Source: Deferribacteraceae bacterium (GTDB lineage Bacteria; Chrysiogenota; Deferribacteres; Deferribacterales; Deferrivibrionaceae). From it: a stretch of 64,000 nt of DNA. Of this stretch, positions 28,723 to 40,075 are shown piece after piece. The translations under genes were made by a program, and so were the position numbers. The notes beneath the pieces are model-generated. The model was given only the letters and a program-made list of their open reading frames with translations, did not search any database and was not told the origin of the DNA. The stretch is from assembly GCA_020054865.1 (NCBI GenBank), contig JAIHAR010000003.1, forward strand, positions 39,645-103,644. Reading direction: 5' to 3'. Every line of letters starts with the position of its first letter. The stretch's first letter is position 1.

Positions 28723-29598
28723 TTAAATAAATGGACAAAAATCAGCTTCATTACATTTATTACATTTTAGCGAGCTTGAATAATTACAGCCGCCTGTTAT
28801 CCCAAGTCTTGTTATGGGGAAATCATACTTTAAGGGGTCAGCAGGCTCAATATTCTTAAAAAAATTTGTCACCGAAACAGCATTTTTGTGAGTGCCTGAG
28901 GAGGAACTGATTAGTTTTAAATTTCTTGAAAATCTTATTATATGTGTATCAAGTGGAAACAAGAGTTCAGATTTGTCAAATTTTTTCCATAGTCCAAAAT
29001 CGATGTCGGTGTCTCTTACCATCCACCTTAAAAACATTCTCATTCTTTTTAGCGCAGATTTACCGTAAACAGGAAAAAGAAAAAAATAGCCGTTGCCTGC
29101 ATTGTTATTTATTCCAAAATTATGCGCTTTATTGATAAAATGTTTCAAACCCTCTTCAAGATTTTCTGATAAAGAGAAAAAGCAGTTTTCAATACTTCCG
29201 TAATCTTTGTAGATATTAGCAAGAAACTTTACTAAAATGTAAATGTCATTACCTGTTTGGAATCTGTAGTACAACTTTTTCTTGATAATATTTTTTTTAA
29301 CAGGAATACTTCCATATTGCTCAAAAAATTCGTTCAAAAATTTTTGAATAAGCGGCACTCTTCCATATGCAAACAAAGAAGAGATAAATGCAATATATTC
29401 CGTATCCCCTTTATAGGTTTTCGGATAAATAATTGGGTCAGTGCCGAGATATTCGTCGGCACTGAACTTTTGATAGATATTTTCTAAAAATATTTTAAGG
29501 TTATTGTTTTTTGTCAAAACTGTTGGATTGGCCACATTGAGGACATTTTCTTGGTTTGCATCTTCCTTCTTTTTCATAGCCGCATTTTGAGCATACAA
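28723..29598 (-). CDS. HhH-GPD-like protein with EndoIII-type Fe-S cluster loop (DUF2400/TIGR02757-like)
   Basis: 291 aa; HhH-like GKSALKRMRMFLRWMVR; LDTHIIRF resembling the EndoIII VDTHV motif; C-terminal C-X7-C-X2-C-X5-C. Confidence 0.4.
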   Translation of the reverse strand: MYAQNAAMKKKEDANQENVLNVANPTVLTKNNNLKIFLENIYQKFSADEYLGTDPIIYPKTYKGDTEYIAFISSLFAYGRVPLIQKFLNEFFEQYGSIPVKKNIIKKKLYYRFQTGNDIYILVKFLANIYKDYGSIENCFFSLSENLEEGLKHFINKAHNFGINNNAGNGYFFLFPVYGKSALKRMRMFLRWMVRDTDIDFGLWKKFDKSELLFPLDTHIIRFSRNLKLISSSSGTHKNAVSVTNFFKNIEPADPLKYDFPITRLGITGGCNYSSSLKCNKCNEADFCPFI

Positions 29599-29607
29599 AA
29601 ACTGCCA

Positions 29608-30045
29608 TCAGTTACCCCCTTTTAAACATTTTTCACATATACCAAAAAGATTTAGCTGATATTCTTCTACTTTTCCCTTTAATTCATTAAAATTTATATC
29701 AATATCAAAAATGTCGTAAACGGCACCACACTTATTGCAGTAAAAATGTCCATGGTTTGATAAATCCGGGTCAAACCTGCTGCATTTAGGGTCTGTTGAA
29801 ATCTGTCTGACAATCCCAGATTTTACAAGTACATCAAGTGTGTTATAAACTGTTGCAAAAGAGAAACTTTTATCTTTTGACCTGAGCTGCTCATAGATTT
29901 CAACTGCAGATGGGTGGGATGTGTTGTTTTCAAGAAATTCAACAATCCATTTTCTTGGTTTTGTTATTTTAAAACCCTCTTTTTTCAATGCTTCAATGGC
30001 TCTTTGCGAAAACATGCTCATCTCCTTAAGGTTTATTAAGTCCAC
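29608..30045 (-). CDS. Fur-family metalloregulator (Fur/Zur/PerR)
   Basis: 145 aa; winged-helix N-terminus; HGHFYC and two CxxC pairs (CNKC, CEKC). Confidence 0.8.
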   Translation of the reverse strand: MDLINLKEMSMFSQRAIEALKKEGFKITKPRKWIVEFLENNTSHPSAVEIYEQLRSKDKSFSFATVYNTLDVLVKSGIVRQISTDPKCSRFDPDLSNHGHFYCNKCGAVYDIFDIDINFNELKGKVEEYQLNLFGICEKCLKGGN

Positions 30046-32407
30046 TTACAGGGGTTATTTGCTTTCTTGTAATTCTTATTTTAGAAATATTATATTTTAA
30101 AAATTTAAAAAATTCAACAAAATTAAATGTGCCTGTATTGGAAACTTTTAATTTTAGTGTGTTACAGGAAATTTCAGTTATATAGTTTTTTAAGTCTATT
30201 CTTTTGATAAGATTATTTTTTCCGGTTTTTTCATAGTAAGCGGTATCGTTTTCGATATGCGATTTGATTATATTAAAATATTCATTATCAAACTCATATT
30301 CTGCAATAAAATCTTTACTTAAATCAATTTTTGATGCTTCAAATATAGTTTTTATTCCAAGTCCTAAAGGTAAAATTGAGTTTAATTTTTTTATCTTTTC
30401 CTCAATATGCTCCAATTTGATATTTGCAATCAATATTTCATTTTCCCCTTCAACACCGACTGGCAGAGGATATAAATAACTTAATTTGGGTTGCGGGTTA
30501 AATCCTCTGGAATATGCCACATCAATCTCTGCGATGTTAAATGAATGAATAAAAATTCTGTTTAAATCTATTGCAGAAAAGAGAGTGCTGATATTTTGTT
30601 TTGTAAAGATTAGTCCTGTTTTGTTAAATGATTCACTTTCTGATAGCTGGATATTAAAATGAGTATTTAATGTGGCATTTATATTTTTGATTTCTTTAAA
30701 ATCACATATTCCACATCCTGTACACCCTTTTTCTCTGCAGTCGAAAGTAATCTTTTCATTTTTTGATTTTTCGTATTCACTCCATAAAAATTCTTTTGAA
30801 ACACCCACATCTACATTATCCCAGGGGAGAATGTCATCCTTTGCAAAAGGTTTTGATGCAAAATCTTCTATTTTATATCCCGATATCTCAAAACATTTTT
30901 TCCATTTTTCAAAATCAAAGTATTCGCTCCAGCCATCAAAAATACTTCCATTTTTAAGAGCATTGATAAATATGCTGCTTAATCGTTTGTCACCTCTTGA
31001 AATGGCACCCTCAATTATGCTCTGGTATGGGTCGTGAAACTTGTATTTGATTTTTGTATTTTTCAGGATTTCTTTTATTATGTTTTGTTTTCTTATCAAT
31101 TCATTTACACTGTCCTGGGGGTACCATTGAAACGGTGTAAAAGGCTTTGGTACAAAGTTGGAAACGGAAACAGTTATATTAAAACTTTTTCTTACATTTC
31201 GTTTTATTTTGGAGGCAAGATAAGCTATATGTGCAACATCTTCGTCATTCTCAAATGGAAGACCTATCATAAAGTAAAGCTTTGCGCCATTAAATCCGTT
31301 ATTGGAAGCACAGACTACAGCATTAATAATTTCTTCTTCACTCAAATCTTTGTTGATAATATTTCTCATTCTTTGACTACCTGCCTCTGGGGCAATTGTA
31401 AAACCTGATTTTCTTACCTTTTTTAGTTCTCTGAATATATAATCTTTTACCCTGTCAGCCCTTATTGAAGGAAGGCTAAGTGAGATTTTACTTTCAGATA
31501 AAGAAGATGCAAGTTTTATCAAAAGCTCTTCAAGACATGAATAGTCTGCTGCAGACAGGGATAACAATGATACCTCGAGATATCCTGTATTTTTTATCTG
31601 GTCAAGTGCATTTTTCAGTATGTCTTCTATATTTCTTTCCCTTGAGGGTCTGTAAATCATACCGGCCTGACAAAACCTGCACCCTCTGGTACAACCTCTT
31701 GAAATTTCAACAGTAACTCTATCCTGTACTACAGGCATTAATGGCACAAGGGGTTTTTCAAGAGTTATATCCTGATGAAAATTTTTATATACGTTTCTTT
31801 TAACAGTTTTTTCAGGTTCAACAAAAGGCACATATGTAAATGGGAAAGAGTTTAGAAAATTGAGGCTATCAACTCTGTTAAGATTTTTATCCTTTAATTC
31901 ATTTAATATTTGAGTAATCTCTTCTTCCATTTCACCTATGAAAAACACGTCGATAAATTCGGAAATAGGGGCTGGATTGACGGTGCACGGTCCACCTGCT
32001 ATTATTAATGGATGACGGTTATTTCTGTCTTTTGAAAACAGTGGGATATTTGACTTTTCTATTATTTTGAGCATATTTGTATATGACAGCTCATATTGAA
32101 GCGAAAAACCAAGTATGTCAAATTCTGATAGATGGGTTCCTGATTCAAGTGAGATGAATATTTCTGAATCAAACTCATTGATTGCATCAACCCACGGCAT
32201 AAAAAATCTTTCACAAACTATATCTTTGCTTTTATTTAACCTTTCATAGAGGATTTTTAATCCAAGGTGGGACATACCCACTTCATACACATCAGGAAAA
32301 ATCAGGCACATTTTGAGTAGATTTTCTCTGTCTTTATGGTACGAATTAAACTCGTTATTGATATATCTTAGCGGTTTGCTTAATTTCAGAAGATTTAAAT
32401 AGTCCAT
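30026..32407 (-). CDS. B12-binding radical SAM protein fused to DUF2344 (TIGR03960 + TIGR03936-like)
   Basis: 793 aa; canonical CX3CX2C (RGCTRGCRFCQAG) after a B12-binding-like N-terminus; C-terminal ~230 aa DUF2344-like region. Confidence 0.7.
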   Translation of the reverse strand: MDYLNLLKLSKPLRYINNEFNSYHKDRENLLKMCLIFPDVYEVGMSHLGLKILYERLNKSKDIVCERFFMPWVDAINEFDSEIFISLESGTHLSEFDILGFSLQYELSYTNMLKIIEKSNIPLFSKDRNNRHPLIIAGGPCTVNPAPISEFIDVFFIGEMEEEITQILNELKDKNLNRVDSLNFLNSFPFTYVPFVEPEKTVKRNVYKNFHQDITLEKPLVPLMPVVQDRVTVEISRGCTRGCRFCQAGMIYRPSRERNIEDILKNALDQIKNTGYLEVSLLSLSAADYSCLEELLIKLASSLSESKISLSLPSIRADRVKDYIFRELKKVRKSGFTIAPEAGSQRMRNIINKDLSEEEIINAVVCASNNGFNGAKLYFMIGLPFENDEDVAHIAYLASKIKRNVRKSFNITVSVSNFVPKPFTPFQWYPQDSVNELIRKQNIIKEILKNTKIKYKFHDPYQSIIEGAISRGDKRLSSIFINALKNGSIFDGWSEYFDFEKWKKCFEISGYKIEDFASKPFAKDDILPWDNVDVGVSKEFLWSEYEKSKNEKITFDCREKGCTGCGICDFKEIKNINATLNTHFNIQLSESESFNKTGLIFTKQNISTLFSAIDLNRIFIHSFNIAEIDVAYSRGFNPQPKLSYLYPLPVGVEGENEILIANIKLEHIEEKIKKLNSILPLGLGIKTIFEASKIDLSKDFIAEYEFDNEYFNIIKSHIENDTAYYEKTGKNNLIKRIDLKNYITEISCNTLKLKVSNTGTFNFVEFFKFLKYNISKIRITRKQITPVSGLNKP

Positions 32408-32421
32408 TTATTATATCCTTT

Positions 32422-33537
32422 TTAATATTCAGAAGGGGAGTTATATTTTCTCATGCTGACGGAATTTACAAGCCCCATCATCCCCATAAAAGTAATCATT
32501 GATGAGCCACCATAACTTATAAAAGGCATGGGGATTCCAACTACAGGCATAAGCGAGACTGTCATAGCAGAATTTACAAATACCTGAAAAAAAGTTACGG
32601 ATGCTACAGCAACGCACAATATCTTGCCACTTGCTTCTTTGGTTTCTATAGAAATTTGTAATATTCTATAAATTAAAATCACGAACAATAGAAGGATGAT
32701 TCCTCCTCCTAAAAGTCCAAACTCTTCATTTATTAGTGAGAATATAAAGTCAGTATGTCTTTCTGGAAGAAATTTCAGGTGAGTTTGTGTACCATGCATA
32801 AATCCTTTGCCAAACAATCCTCCTGAACCAATTGCAACTTTTGATTGAATTACATGATATCCGCTACCAAAAGGGTCCCTTTCAGGATTTAAAAAAGTCA
32901 GCACTCTATTTTTTTGATATTCTTTGAGATTAAACCATAACACAGGTAAAATAGCCAAAAAACTTACCAACGAGACAATGAAAGTTCTTTTGGTTATACC
33001 CCTGTATAGCAACACCATACCCCATGTGGCAAGAAATATTGTTGCTGTTCCAAGATCAGGTTGAAAAAAAATCAGTAAGAAAGGTATTATCATGATTAAA
33101 GATTTTTTTATAATATCAATGAAAGTAAGTTTATTTTCATTTAAATCCCTAAAGCTGTATGCAAGGATTATTACAAATACGATTTTAAATATTTCAGAAG
33201 GTTGGAGTTTGAATCCACCTAAGTTTATCCATCTTTGAGCGCCCATTCCTACATGACCGATGAATAAAACAAGCAAGAGGAGAATAATCCCTGATAAGTA
33301 CAATAAAGGTGCAAACTCAATCAATCTTTTGTAGCTTATTGCTGAAAATGTAAAAAATGTAACTAATCCTGCAAAAAACCATACAATTTGTTTTTTGTAG
33401 AATGGATCAAAAATACCATCTGTCATATCATAAGATGCGCTGTATATGGCAATAATCCCACATATAGATATTACTACAACAATAGTCAGCAATATAATGT
33501 CAAAATTTTTAAGTTGTCTTTTATCAATTTGAAACAT
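32422..33537 (-). CDS. rodA: rod shape-determining protein RodA (SEDS family)
   Basis: 371 aa; 10 TM helices; FtsW/RodA pattern; immediately downstream of mrdA. Confidence 0.85.
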   Translation of the reverse strand: MFQIDKRQLKNFDIILLTIVVVISICGIIAIYSASYDMTDGIFDPFYKKQIVWFFAGLVTFFTFSAISYKRLIEFAPLLYLSGIILLLLVLFIGHVGMGAQRWINLGGFKLQPSEIFKIVFVIILAYSFRDLNENKLTFIDIIKKSLIMIIPFLLIFFQPDLGTATIFLATWGMVLLYRGITKRTFIVSLVSFLAILPVLWFNLKEYQKNRVLTFLNPERDPFGSGYHVIQSKVAIGSGGLFGKGFMHGTQTHLKFLPERHTDFIFSLINEEFGLLGGGIILLLFVILIYRILQISIETKEASGKILCVAVASVTFFQVFVNSAMTVSLMPVVGIPMPFISYGGSSMITFMGMMGLVNSVSMRKYNSPSEY

Positions 33538-35338
33538 AACCTAAATCCACCATTTTATTAATTAACGCTCCTGCAAGTGCTGCTGCGCTCTGGCTACCTG
33601 AACCACCGTGTTCAACCATAGAAATCAGTGCATATTGTGGATTTTTTGCAGGAAATATTGCGCCAAACCAGGAATGGTCTCTGAATTTTTCAGGGATTTT
33701 ATCGTCGTCGTACTTTTCGGTTTTTTTAAGACTTACTACCTGTGCTGTTCCGGTTTTTCCGGCAACGGTGATTGATTCTACTCTTGCCCTGTATGAAGTG
33801 CCGTGAGTTCCATATACTGCCTCTTTCATCCCTTCAATAATAGCTTTTTTTATCCATTCCGGTATGGAAATGTCAGCATACATTTCCGTTTTGAGATTAA
33901 GTTCCTGCTGTCCATCAATAATTGATTTGACCACATGTGGTTTTAATATCTTTCCTCCATTAAAAGTACCTGCTAGCATATTTACCATCTGAATTGGAGT
34001 AAGACTTACGTAACCCTGACCTATTGAGGCAATAATAGTTTCCCCAGGAAACCATATCTGTTTTAAAACATCTTTTTTCCACTGTCTGCTTGGGAATACC
34101 CCCTTTTTCTCGTTTGGCAGATCAACTCCTGTATATTGTCCAAGCCTGAAGAGGTCTGCATATTCTGAAATCTTGTCTATCCCAAGCAGAAGACCAACAT
34201 TATAAAAATAAACATCACATGATTCGGCAATAGCTTTTTTTAAATCTACGTTGCCATGACCACCTTTTTTCCAGCATTTGTAGTTGTAATTTCTGTAACT
34301 AAGTTCACCGTTGCAAAAAAATTCTGTCCTGGGAGTAATTACTTTTTCATTTAATCCAGCATAAGCCATAAGTATTTTAAATACTGAACCCGGGGCATAA
34401 TGACTTTCTATCGCTCTGTTTAAAAGTGGTTTCTTTTTATCCTCGACTAGTTTTTTCCAGTCTTCCACAGATATATAAGGGATAAAATCGTTCAAATTAT
34501 ATGACGGAGATGAAAACATTGTAATAATCTCTCCTGTGTGGATATCTTCAACAATTACAGAGCCCTGTTTTTTTTCGAATAGTTTTTCCGCAAATTCCTG
34601 AAGTCGATAGTCTATTGACAGTTTTATTGTTTTGCCTGGTATAGGTTTTTTATAGTCAAAAGTGTTTATGACCTGGCCAAGGCTGTCTACTTCCACATAT
34701 TTTTTACCATCGCTTCCCTTTAAAATATCTTCGTAAAAATATTCTACGCCTGTTTTGCCAATTAAATCCCCACCAGTATAACCTTCTTTTGTCTTTAAGT
34801 CATTTTCAGTAACTTCACCTAAATAACCTACTATATGGCTTATGGAAGTACTATCCAGGTAATCCCTCACAGGTTCAAGCTTAATTTTTATCCCCTGTAG
34901 TTCTTCTATGTTCTCACTGAAGTATGATAGTTCTTCAAAAGTAAGCCCTCTATATGCCAGTACTTCCTGGTAAAAGTAGGCCTTTTTCAATCTTTTTTCT
35001 ATCAATTCTCTGTCAAACTTGAGTTTTTTTTCCAGAGTTTCAAACAATGTATCTTTGTCCTCTATATCTTCTCTGACAAGATATAAATTATAACTTGGCT
35101 TATTTTTGACCAATACGTTGTCATTCCTGTCAAGAATAAAACCTCTGTTGGCTTTTACTCTAATTACTCTTACTCTATTATTGTCAGAAATTTTCTTGTA
35201 TTTTTCGTAGTTTATAATTTGAAGATAGATTAATCTGCAAAATATTATAAAGATGCCGGATAACAAAAATGAGAAAAATATTATTGTCTTTTTGTTGTAT
35301 ATTGATAAAATCTTATCCTCAAGTTTGCGAAATAACAA
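33524..35338 (-). CDS. mrdA: penicillin-binding protein 2 (elongasome transpeptidase)
   Basis: 604 aa; N-terminal TM anchor; transpeptidase SxxK (SVFK), SxN and KTGT (KTGTAQV) motifs. Confidence 0.85.
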   Translation of the reverse strand: MLFRKLEDKILSIYNKKTIIFFSFLLSGIFIIFCRLIYLQIINYEKYKKISDNNRVRVIRVKANRGFILDRNDNVLVKNKPSYNLYLVREDIEDKDTLFETLEKKLKFDRELIEKRLKKAYFYQEVLAYRGLTFEELSYFSENIEELQGIKIKLEPVRDYLDSTSISHIVGYLGEVTENDLKTKEGYTGGDLIGKTGVEYFYEDILKGSDGKKYVEVDSLGQVINTFDYKKPIPGKTIKLSIDYRLQEFAEKLFEKKQGSVIVEDIHTGEIITMFSSPSYNLNDFIPYISVEDWKKLVEDKKKPLLNRAIESHYAPGSVFKILMAYAGLNEKVITPRTEFFCNGELSYRNYNYKCWKKGGHGNVDLKKAIAESCDVYFYNVGLLLGIDKISEYADLFRLGQYTGVDLPNEKKGVFPSRQWKKDVLKQIWFPGETIIASIGQGYVSLTPIQMVNMLAGTFNGGKILKPHVVKSIIDGQQELNLKTEMYADISIPEWIKKAIIEGMKEAVYGTHGTSYRARVESITVAGKTGTAQVVSLKKTEKYDDDKIPEKFRDHSWFGAIFPAKNPQYALISMVEHGGSGSQSAAALAGALINKMVDLGYVSN

Positions 35339-35789
35339 CTTTATGCCTCACTATAAAAGTCTCTATCATATAGTATATGAATAAATTTCCAATTATTGAC
35401 AAAATTAATTTTATAAGAGCTAAGTTTGCAACTTCTTGAATTAAAAGTATGAAAAGCAATTTGTATAAAATTACAGCTAAAATGACAAAAATTACATATC
35501 CGCTTTCGCTATCTTTGATAAAAAATTTTTCATAGATGAGTTTAAATATGAAGATTGAATAGAATATCAAAAATCCTGTTCCAATATATTTACTGAAAAG
35601 ATAATCAAAGAAAACTCCTGCTATTACAGAGTAAATTATACTTTGTTTATGAGTATGTTGCCCTGTTATACCAATCAAAAAAATCACAAGAAAGATATCA
35701 AATAACCCCATAAATCTGTTGTATTGGAGATAAAAAATTGTGGCAAGGAAGCAGAAAATAGTAAATCTAAGGTATTTATTTCTTAGCAT
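35319..35789 (-). CDS. mreD: rod shape-determining protein MreD
   Basis: 156 aa polytopic membrane protein between mreC and mrdA. Confidence 0.6.
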   Translation of the reverse strand: MLRNKYLRFTIFCFLATIFYLQYNRFMGLFDIFLVIFLIGITGQHTHKQSIIYSVIAGVFFDYLFSKYIGTGFLIFYSIFIFKLIYEKFFIKDSESGYVIFVILAVILYKLLFILLIQEVANLALIKLILSIIGNLFIYYMIETFIVRHKVVISQT

Positions 35790-36576
35790 TTTTAATTATT
35801 AAAGCATTTTCTATTTTATTAAAATTAACGATAGGTTTTAAAATAATTTTTTGAAACAAGTTATTTTCGGCATCTTCTATTTTATCTACTGTTCCAACAG
35901 GTATTCCTTTTGGATAAATTCCGCCAAGTCCTGTTGTTACAAACAGATCACCTTCATTTACAGGTTCAAATTTATCATAATAGTCAACAAATACACCACC
36001 GTTGCCATCCCCTTTTAGTATGCCTGTTGATCTTGTTTCGAAATTCATCACACTCACGTTGTTAGTTACATCAAGAATTATTTTAACAAGAGAAGAGGAT
36101 ATGTAAACATCGTCTACTTTGCCAACAAGCCCGCTATGCCCAACAATCGTGTCATTTTTTTCAACCCCATCTCTTCTTCCTTTATCTATAATTATGTAGC
36201 CTGGAAATGTGTTTATATTTTTACCAATTACGTTGCAAGCAATAGTTTCAAAATTATATGCGTCCTTAAAGTTTAGCAGAAGTTTTAGTCTTTCGTAATC
36301 AGTAAGTTTTTCTTTTAATAAACTTATTTCAAATTTATAATTTTCTATTTCACTCCTGAGTTTTAAATTTTCCTTTTTTACATTGATAAGAAAAAGGTAA
36401 TTGGTAAATATGTCTTCTAAATAGTTTGAAGTAGAATTGTAAAGGTAGACGAAGGGGTTTATTAAATTTCCCAGCAACCCCTTAAAGGGACCAGATATTT
36501 TTGGATTTTTTACCTGAATCAATATCAACGCAAATACTATGGCGAATATTAAAATCAGGTACTTTCGCTTCAACAT
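35776..36576 (-). CDS. mreC: rod shape-determining protein MreC
   Basis: 266 aa; N-terminal TM, coiled-coil region, beta-rich C-terminus; directly downstream of mreB. Confidence 0.75.
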   Translation of the reverse strand: MLKRKYLILIFAIVFALILIQVKNPKISGPFKGLLGNLINPFVYLYNSTSNYLEDIFTNYLFLINVKKENLKLRSEIENYKFEISLLKEKLTDYERLKLLLNFKDAYNFETIACNVIGKNINTFPGYIIIDKGRRDGVEKNDTIVGHSGLVGKVDDVYISSSLVKIILDVTNNVSVMNFETRSTGILKGDGNGGVFVDYYDKFEPVNEGDLFVTTGLGGIYPKGIPVGTVDKIEDAENNLFQKIILKPIVNFNKIENALIIKNAKK

Positions 36577-36581
36577 CTAAT

Positions 36582-37661
<1,080 letters not shown>

Positions 37662-37692
37662 TCAATGAATATTATTTTAAATTTGTAATTTT

Positions 37693-38250
37693 TTACCCCA
37701 TAAGCGTATCTTCTATTTCAGAAAGTGAATTTATAACAAATTGTATGTGTTCGTCTCTATCGACTCCAAGCTCTTCAATACCTTTTTCAATGTCTTCCCT
37801 GTTAACACCTCTTGCAAATGATTTATCTTTGAGCTTTTTTTTGACGCTTTTAAGCTCAATATTTGAAATTTTCCTGTCTGGCCTGACATATCCACAAGCC
37901 ATTATAAAACCGCACAACTCGTCTACTGCAAAAAGTGTTTTTGCCATAAGCGAGTCTCTGGGAGAATTGGTATAATCAGCATGGCCTAAAATTGCTTTTA
38001 AAATATCCTCTTCTACTCCTTTTTCTTTAAGTATCTCCACACCTTTATATGGGTGCTCTGATGAAGAAGGGAACATTTCATAATCAAAATCGTGCAAAAG
38101 CCCTGTAACTGACCATTTTTCAATATCTTCACCAAATTTTTGTGCATATGACTTCATTGCCTGCTCTACTGCAAATGCATGTTTTAAAAGGGATTCAGAT
38201 TTTGTATATTCTGTCAAGATGCCCAGTGCTTGTTTCCTGTCCAGTTTCAT
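37693..38250 (-). CDS. HD-domain phosphohydrolase
   Basis: 185 aa; HD motif residues (H...HD...H...D). Confidence 0.65.
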   Translation of the reverse strand: MKLDRKQALGILTEYTKSESLLKHAFAVEQAMKSYAQKFGEDIEKWSVTGLLHDFDYEMFPSSSEHPYKGVEILKEKGVEEDILKAILGHADYTNSPRDSLMAKTLFAVDELCGFIMACGYVRPDRKISNIELKSVKKKLKDKSFARGVNREDIEKGIEELGVDRDEHIQFVINSLSEIEDTLMG

Positions 38251-39194
38251 TTTGCCTCCCTTTTTAAATTTAATATAATTATACCGATTATAACCATAAT
38301 AATACTGGCAAGGTGCGGTGCCCTGAGTAATCCTATCATTAAATCATCTGCTCTGAATGTGGTAACAAAACCTCTTATGAGTCCGTAAAAAATAAGGTAA
38401 AGTCCTGTTATTTTGCCCCGCCCAATATTATTATCATTTTTCCATAAATATATTAAAAAAGCTGCTGCTATAAAGTTTAATATCATCTCATAAAAAAATG
38501 TAGGATGCACAGGTAGTCTGCCAAATTCTTGGTATGCCGGAGGAAAATATTTTTCAGGAAAACTTATGCCCCATGGGACATAATATTTTAATTCATAAAT
38601 TTTATTTTCAAATAAAATTGTAATTTTTTTTCCGCTTTCAACCATTTCTTTTAACGACGAGATTGATGAAGGGTTATTTTTGAGATTAAGCGTGCCTAAA
38701 ACTGTTGACCAAAATTCAGGGAATTTGTTTTTTAGTGAAAATATTATTGATGGTGGTGTGATTGTGGGTACTCCGTGTGCTTCACCGTTAGCAAAGTTTC
38801 CAAATCTCCCTATCCCCTGGGCAAGAAGAAGAAAGGGGAGTATCAAATCTCCAAACAACAATGCTCTTATTTTTTTGAGTTTTGAAAATAGCAGGAAAGT
38901 GATGAATCCTCCAATAATTCCTCCATGGATTGCAAGTCCGCCGTGCCATATTGCAAACATTTCAAAAGGGGTGTTTTTATAAAAATCCCACCTGAAAAGT
39001 ACATAATATATCCTTGCTCCAAGTATTCCACCTATAAATGTAAAAAGTATCAGATTTTCTATCTCTTCAGGATTCAGACCTAATTTTTTTGCTTTTTTTT
39101 TCGTAAAGAATAAGGTCAGTAGAATACCTATAAGATACATCAAACTATAATATCTGATTTCAAAATTTCCAATTTTAAAAATATAGGGAAACAT
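38247..39194 (-). CDS. lgt: prolipoprotein diacylglyceryl transferase
   Basis: 315 aa; Lgt signature (YGLMYLIG-like N-terminus, HGGL, G-rich motif); multiple TM helices. Confidence 0.8.
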   Translation of the reverse strand: MFPYIFKIGNFEIRYYSLMYLIGILLTLFFTKKKAKKLGLNPEEIENLILFTFIGGILGARIYYVLFRWDFYKNTPFEMFAIWHGGLAIHGGIIGGFITFLLFSKLKKIRALLFGDLILPFLLLAQGIGRFGNFANGEAHGVPTITPPSIIFSLKNKFPEFWSTVLGTLNLKNNPSSISSLKEMVESGKKITILFENKIYELKYYVPWGISFPEKYFPPAYQEFGRLPVHPTFFYEMILNFIAAAFLIYLWKNDNNIGRGKITGLYLIFYGLIRGFVTTFRADDLMIGLLRAPHLASIIMVIIGIIILNLKREAK

Positions 39195-40075
39195 TATTTT
39201 GCTCCTTTTTTTGAAGCTGTTATAATTGCTATAAAAATTAGAATTATTCCTATAAATTGAAACTTGTCAATAGTTTCTCTGAAAAAAAAGTATGCAAGTA
39301 TTGCTGAGCCTATGGGCTCACCCAATGTTGTTATGGCAACCATACTGCTTTTTAGATGTTTTAGAGCCCAATTCAAAGAAGTATGGCCTATAAGTTGGGG
39401 TATAACTGCGAGCATAAGCATAAATAAGTATGAAGATGGCTGATACGTAAAAAACTTTTGATTTGTTAAGAGAGCTACAAATAAAAGGGTTATTGCACTT
39501 GATGTGTATGTAATTGTTATATAAGGGACTATATCGACTCTTTCCCTGACTTTACTCCCTATCATAATATAAATAGCTGCAGCAATTGCACCTATAATTG
39601 CAAACATATCTCCAATTAATGCTTTTTCGTTTATATCAAAAGTGTTTGCGATATTTATGTCACCTAAAGTCAGTATAACGCTTCCAAGTATGGAAAAGAT
39701 TATACCGAAGATAATAGATGCATTTTGTTTTTCCTTTAAGAAAATATAAGAAAAGATGCCTACAAAAATAGGGCTTGTAGTTACAAGTACTACACTGCTT
39801 GCAACAGATGTAAGCTTTATTGAGGTAAACCAGGTATAAAAATGAACTGATAAAACGATTCCGGAAATTATTGACAAGATAATATCTTTTTTTTCTATCT
39901 TTTTAATTGAGTGCTTCCTGATTTTAAATATTGCAATTATTATAATACTTGCAAATATTAGTCTGTATGTAGCTATCATAAGTGGCGGGACGTCATAACA
40001 AAATCTTACGAAAATAGCTGCAAATGAAATTGATATTACACCTGAAAGCAAAATGAAAAATATCTTTAATTTCAT
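39194..40075 (-). CDS. EamA/DMT-superfamily transporter (paralog 3 of 3)
   Basis: 293 aa; 10 TM helices; two EamA repeats; shares YRLIFASI motif with the two upstream paralogs. Confidence 0.75.
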   Translation of the reverse strand: MKLKIFFILLSGVISISFAAIFVRFCYDVPPLMIATYRLIFASIIIIAIFKIRKHSIKKIEKKDIILSIISGIVLSVHFYTWFTSIKLTSVASSVVLVTTSPIFVGIFSYIFLKEKQNASIIFGIIFSILGSVILTLGDINIANTFDINEKALIGDMFAIIGAIAAAIYIMIGSKVRERVDIVPYITITYTSSAITLLFVALLTNQKFFTYQPSSYLFMLMLAVIPQLIGHTSLNWALKHLKSSMVAITTLGEPIGSAILAYFFFRETIDKFQFIGIILIFIAIITASKKGAK

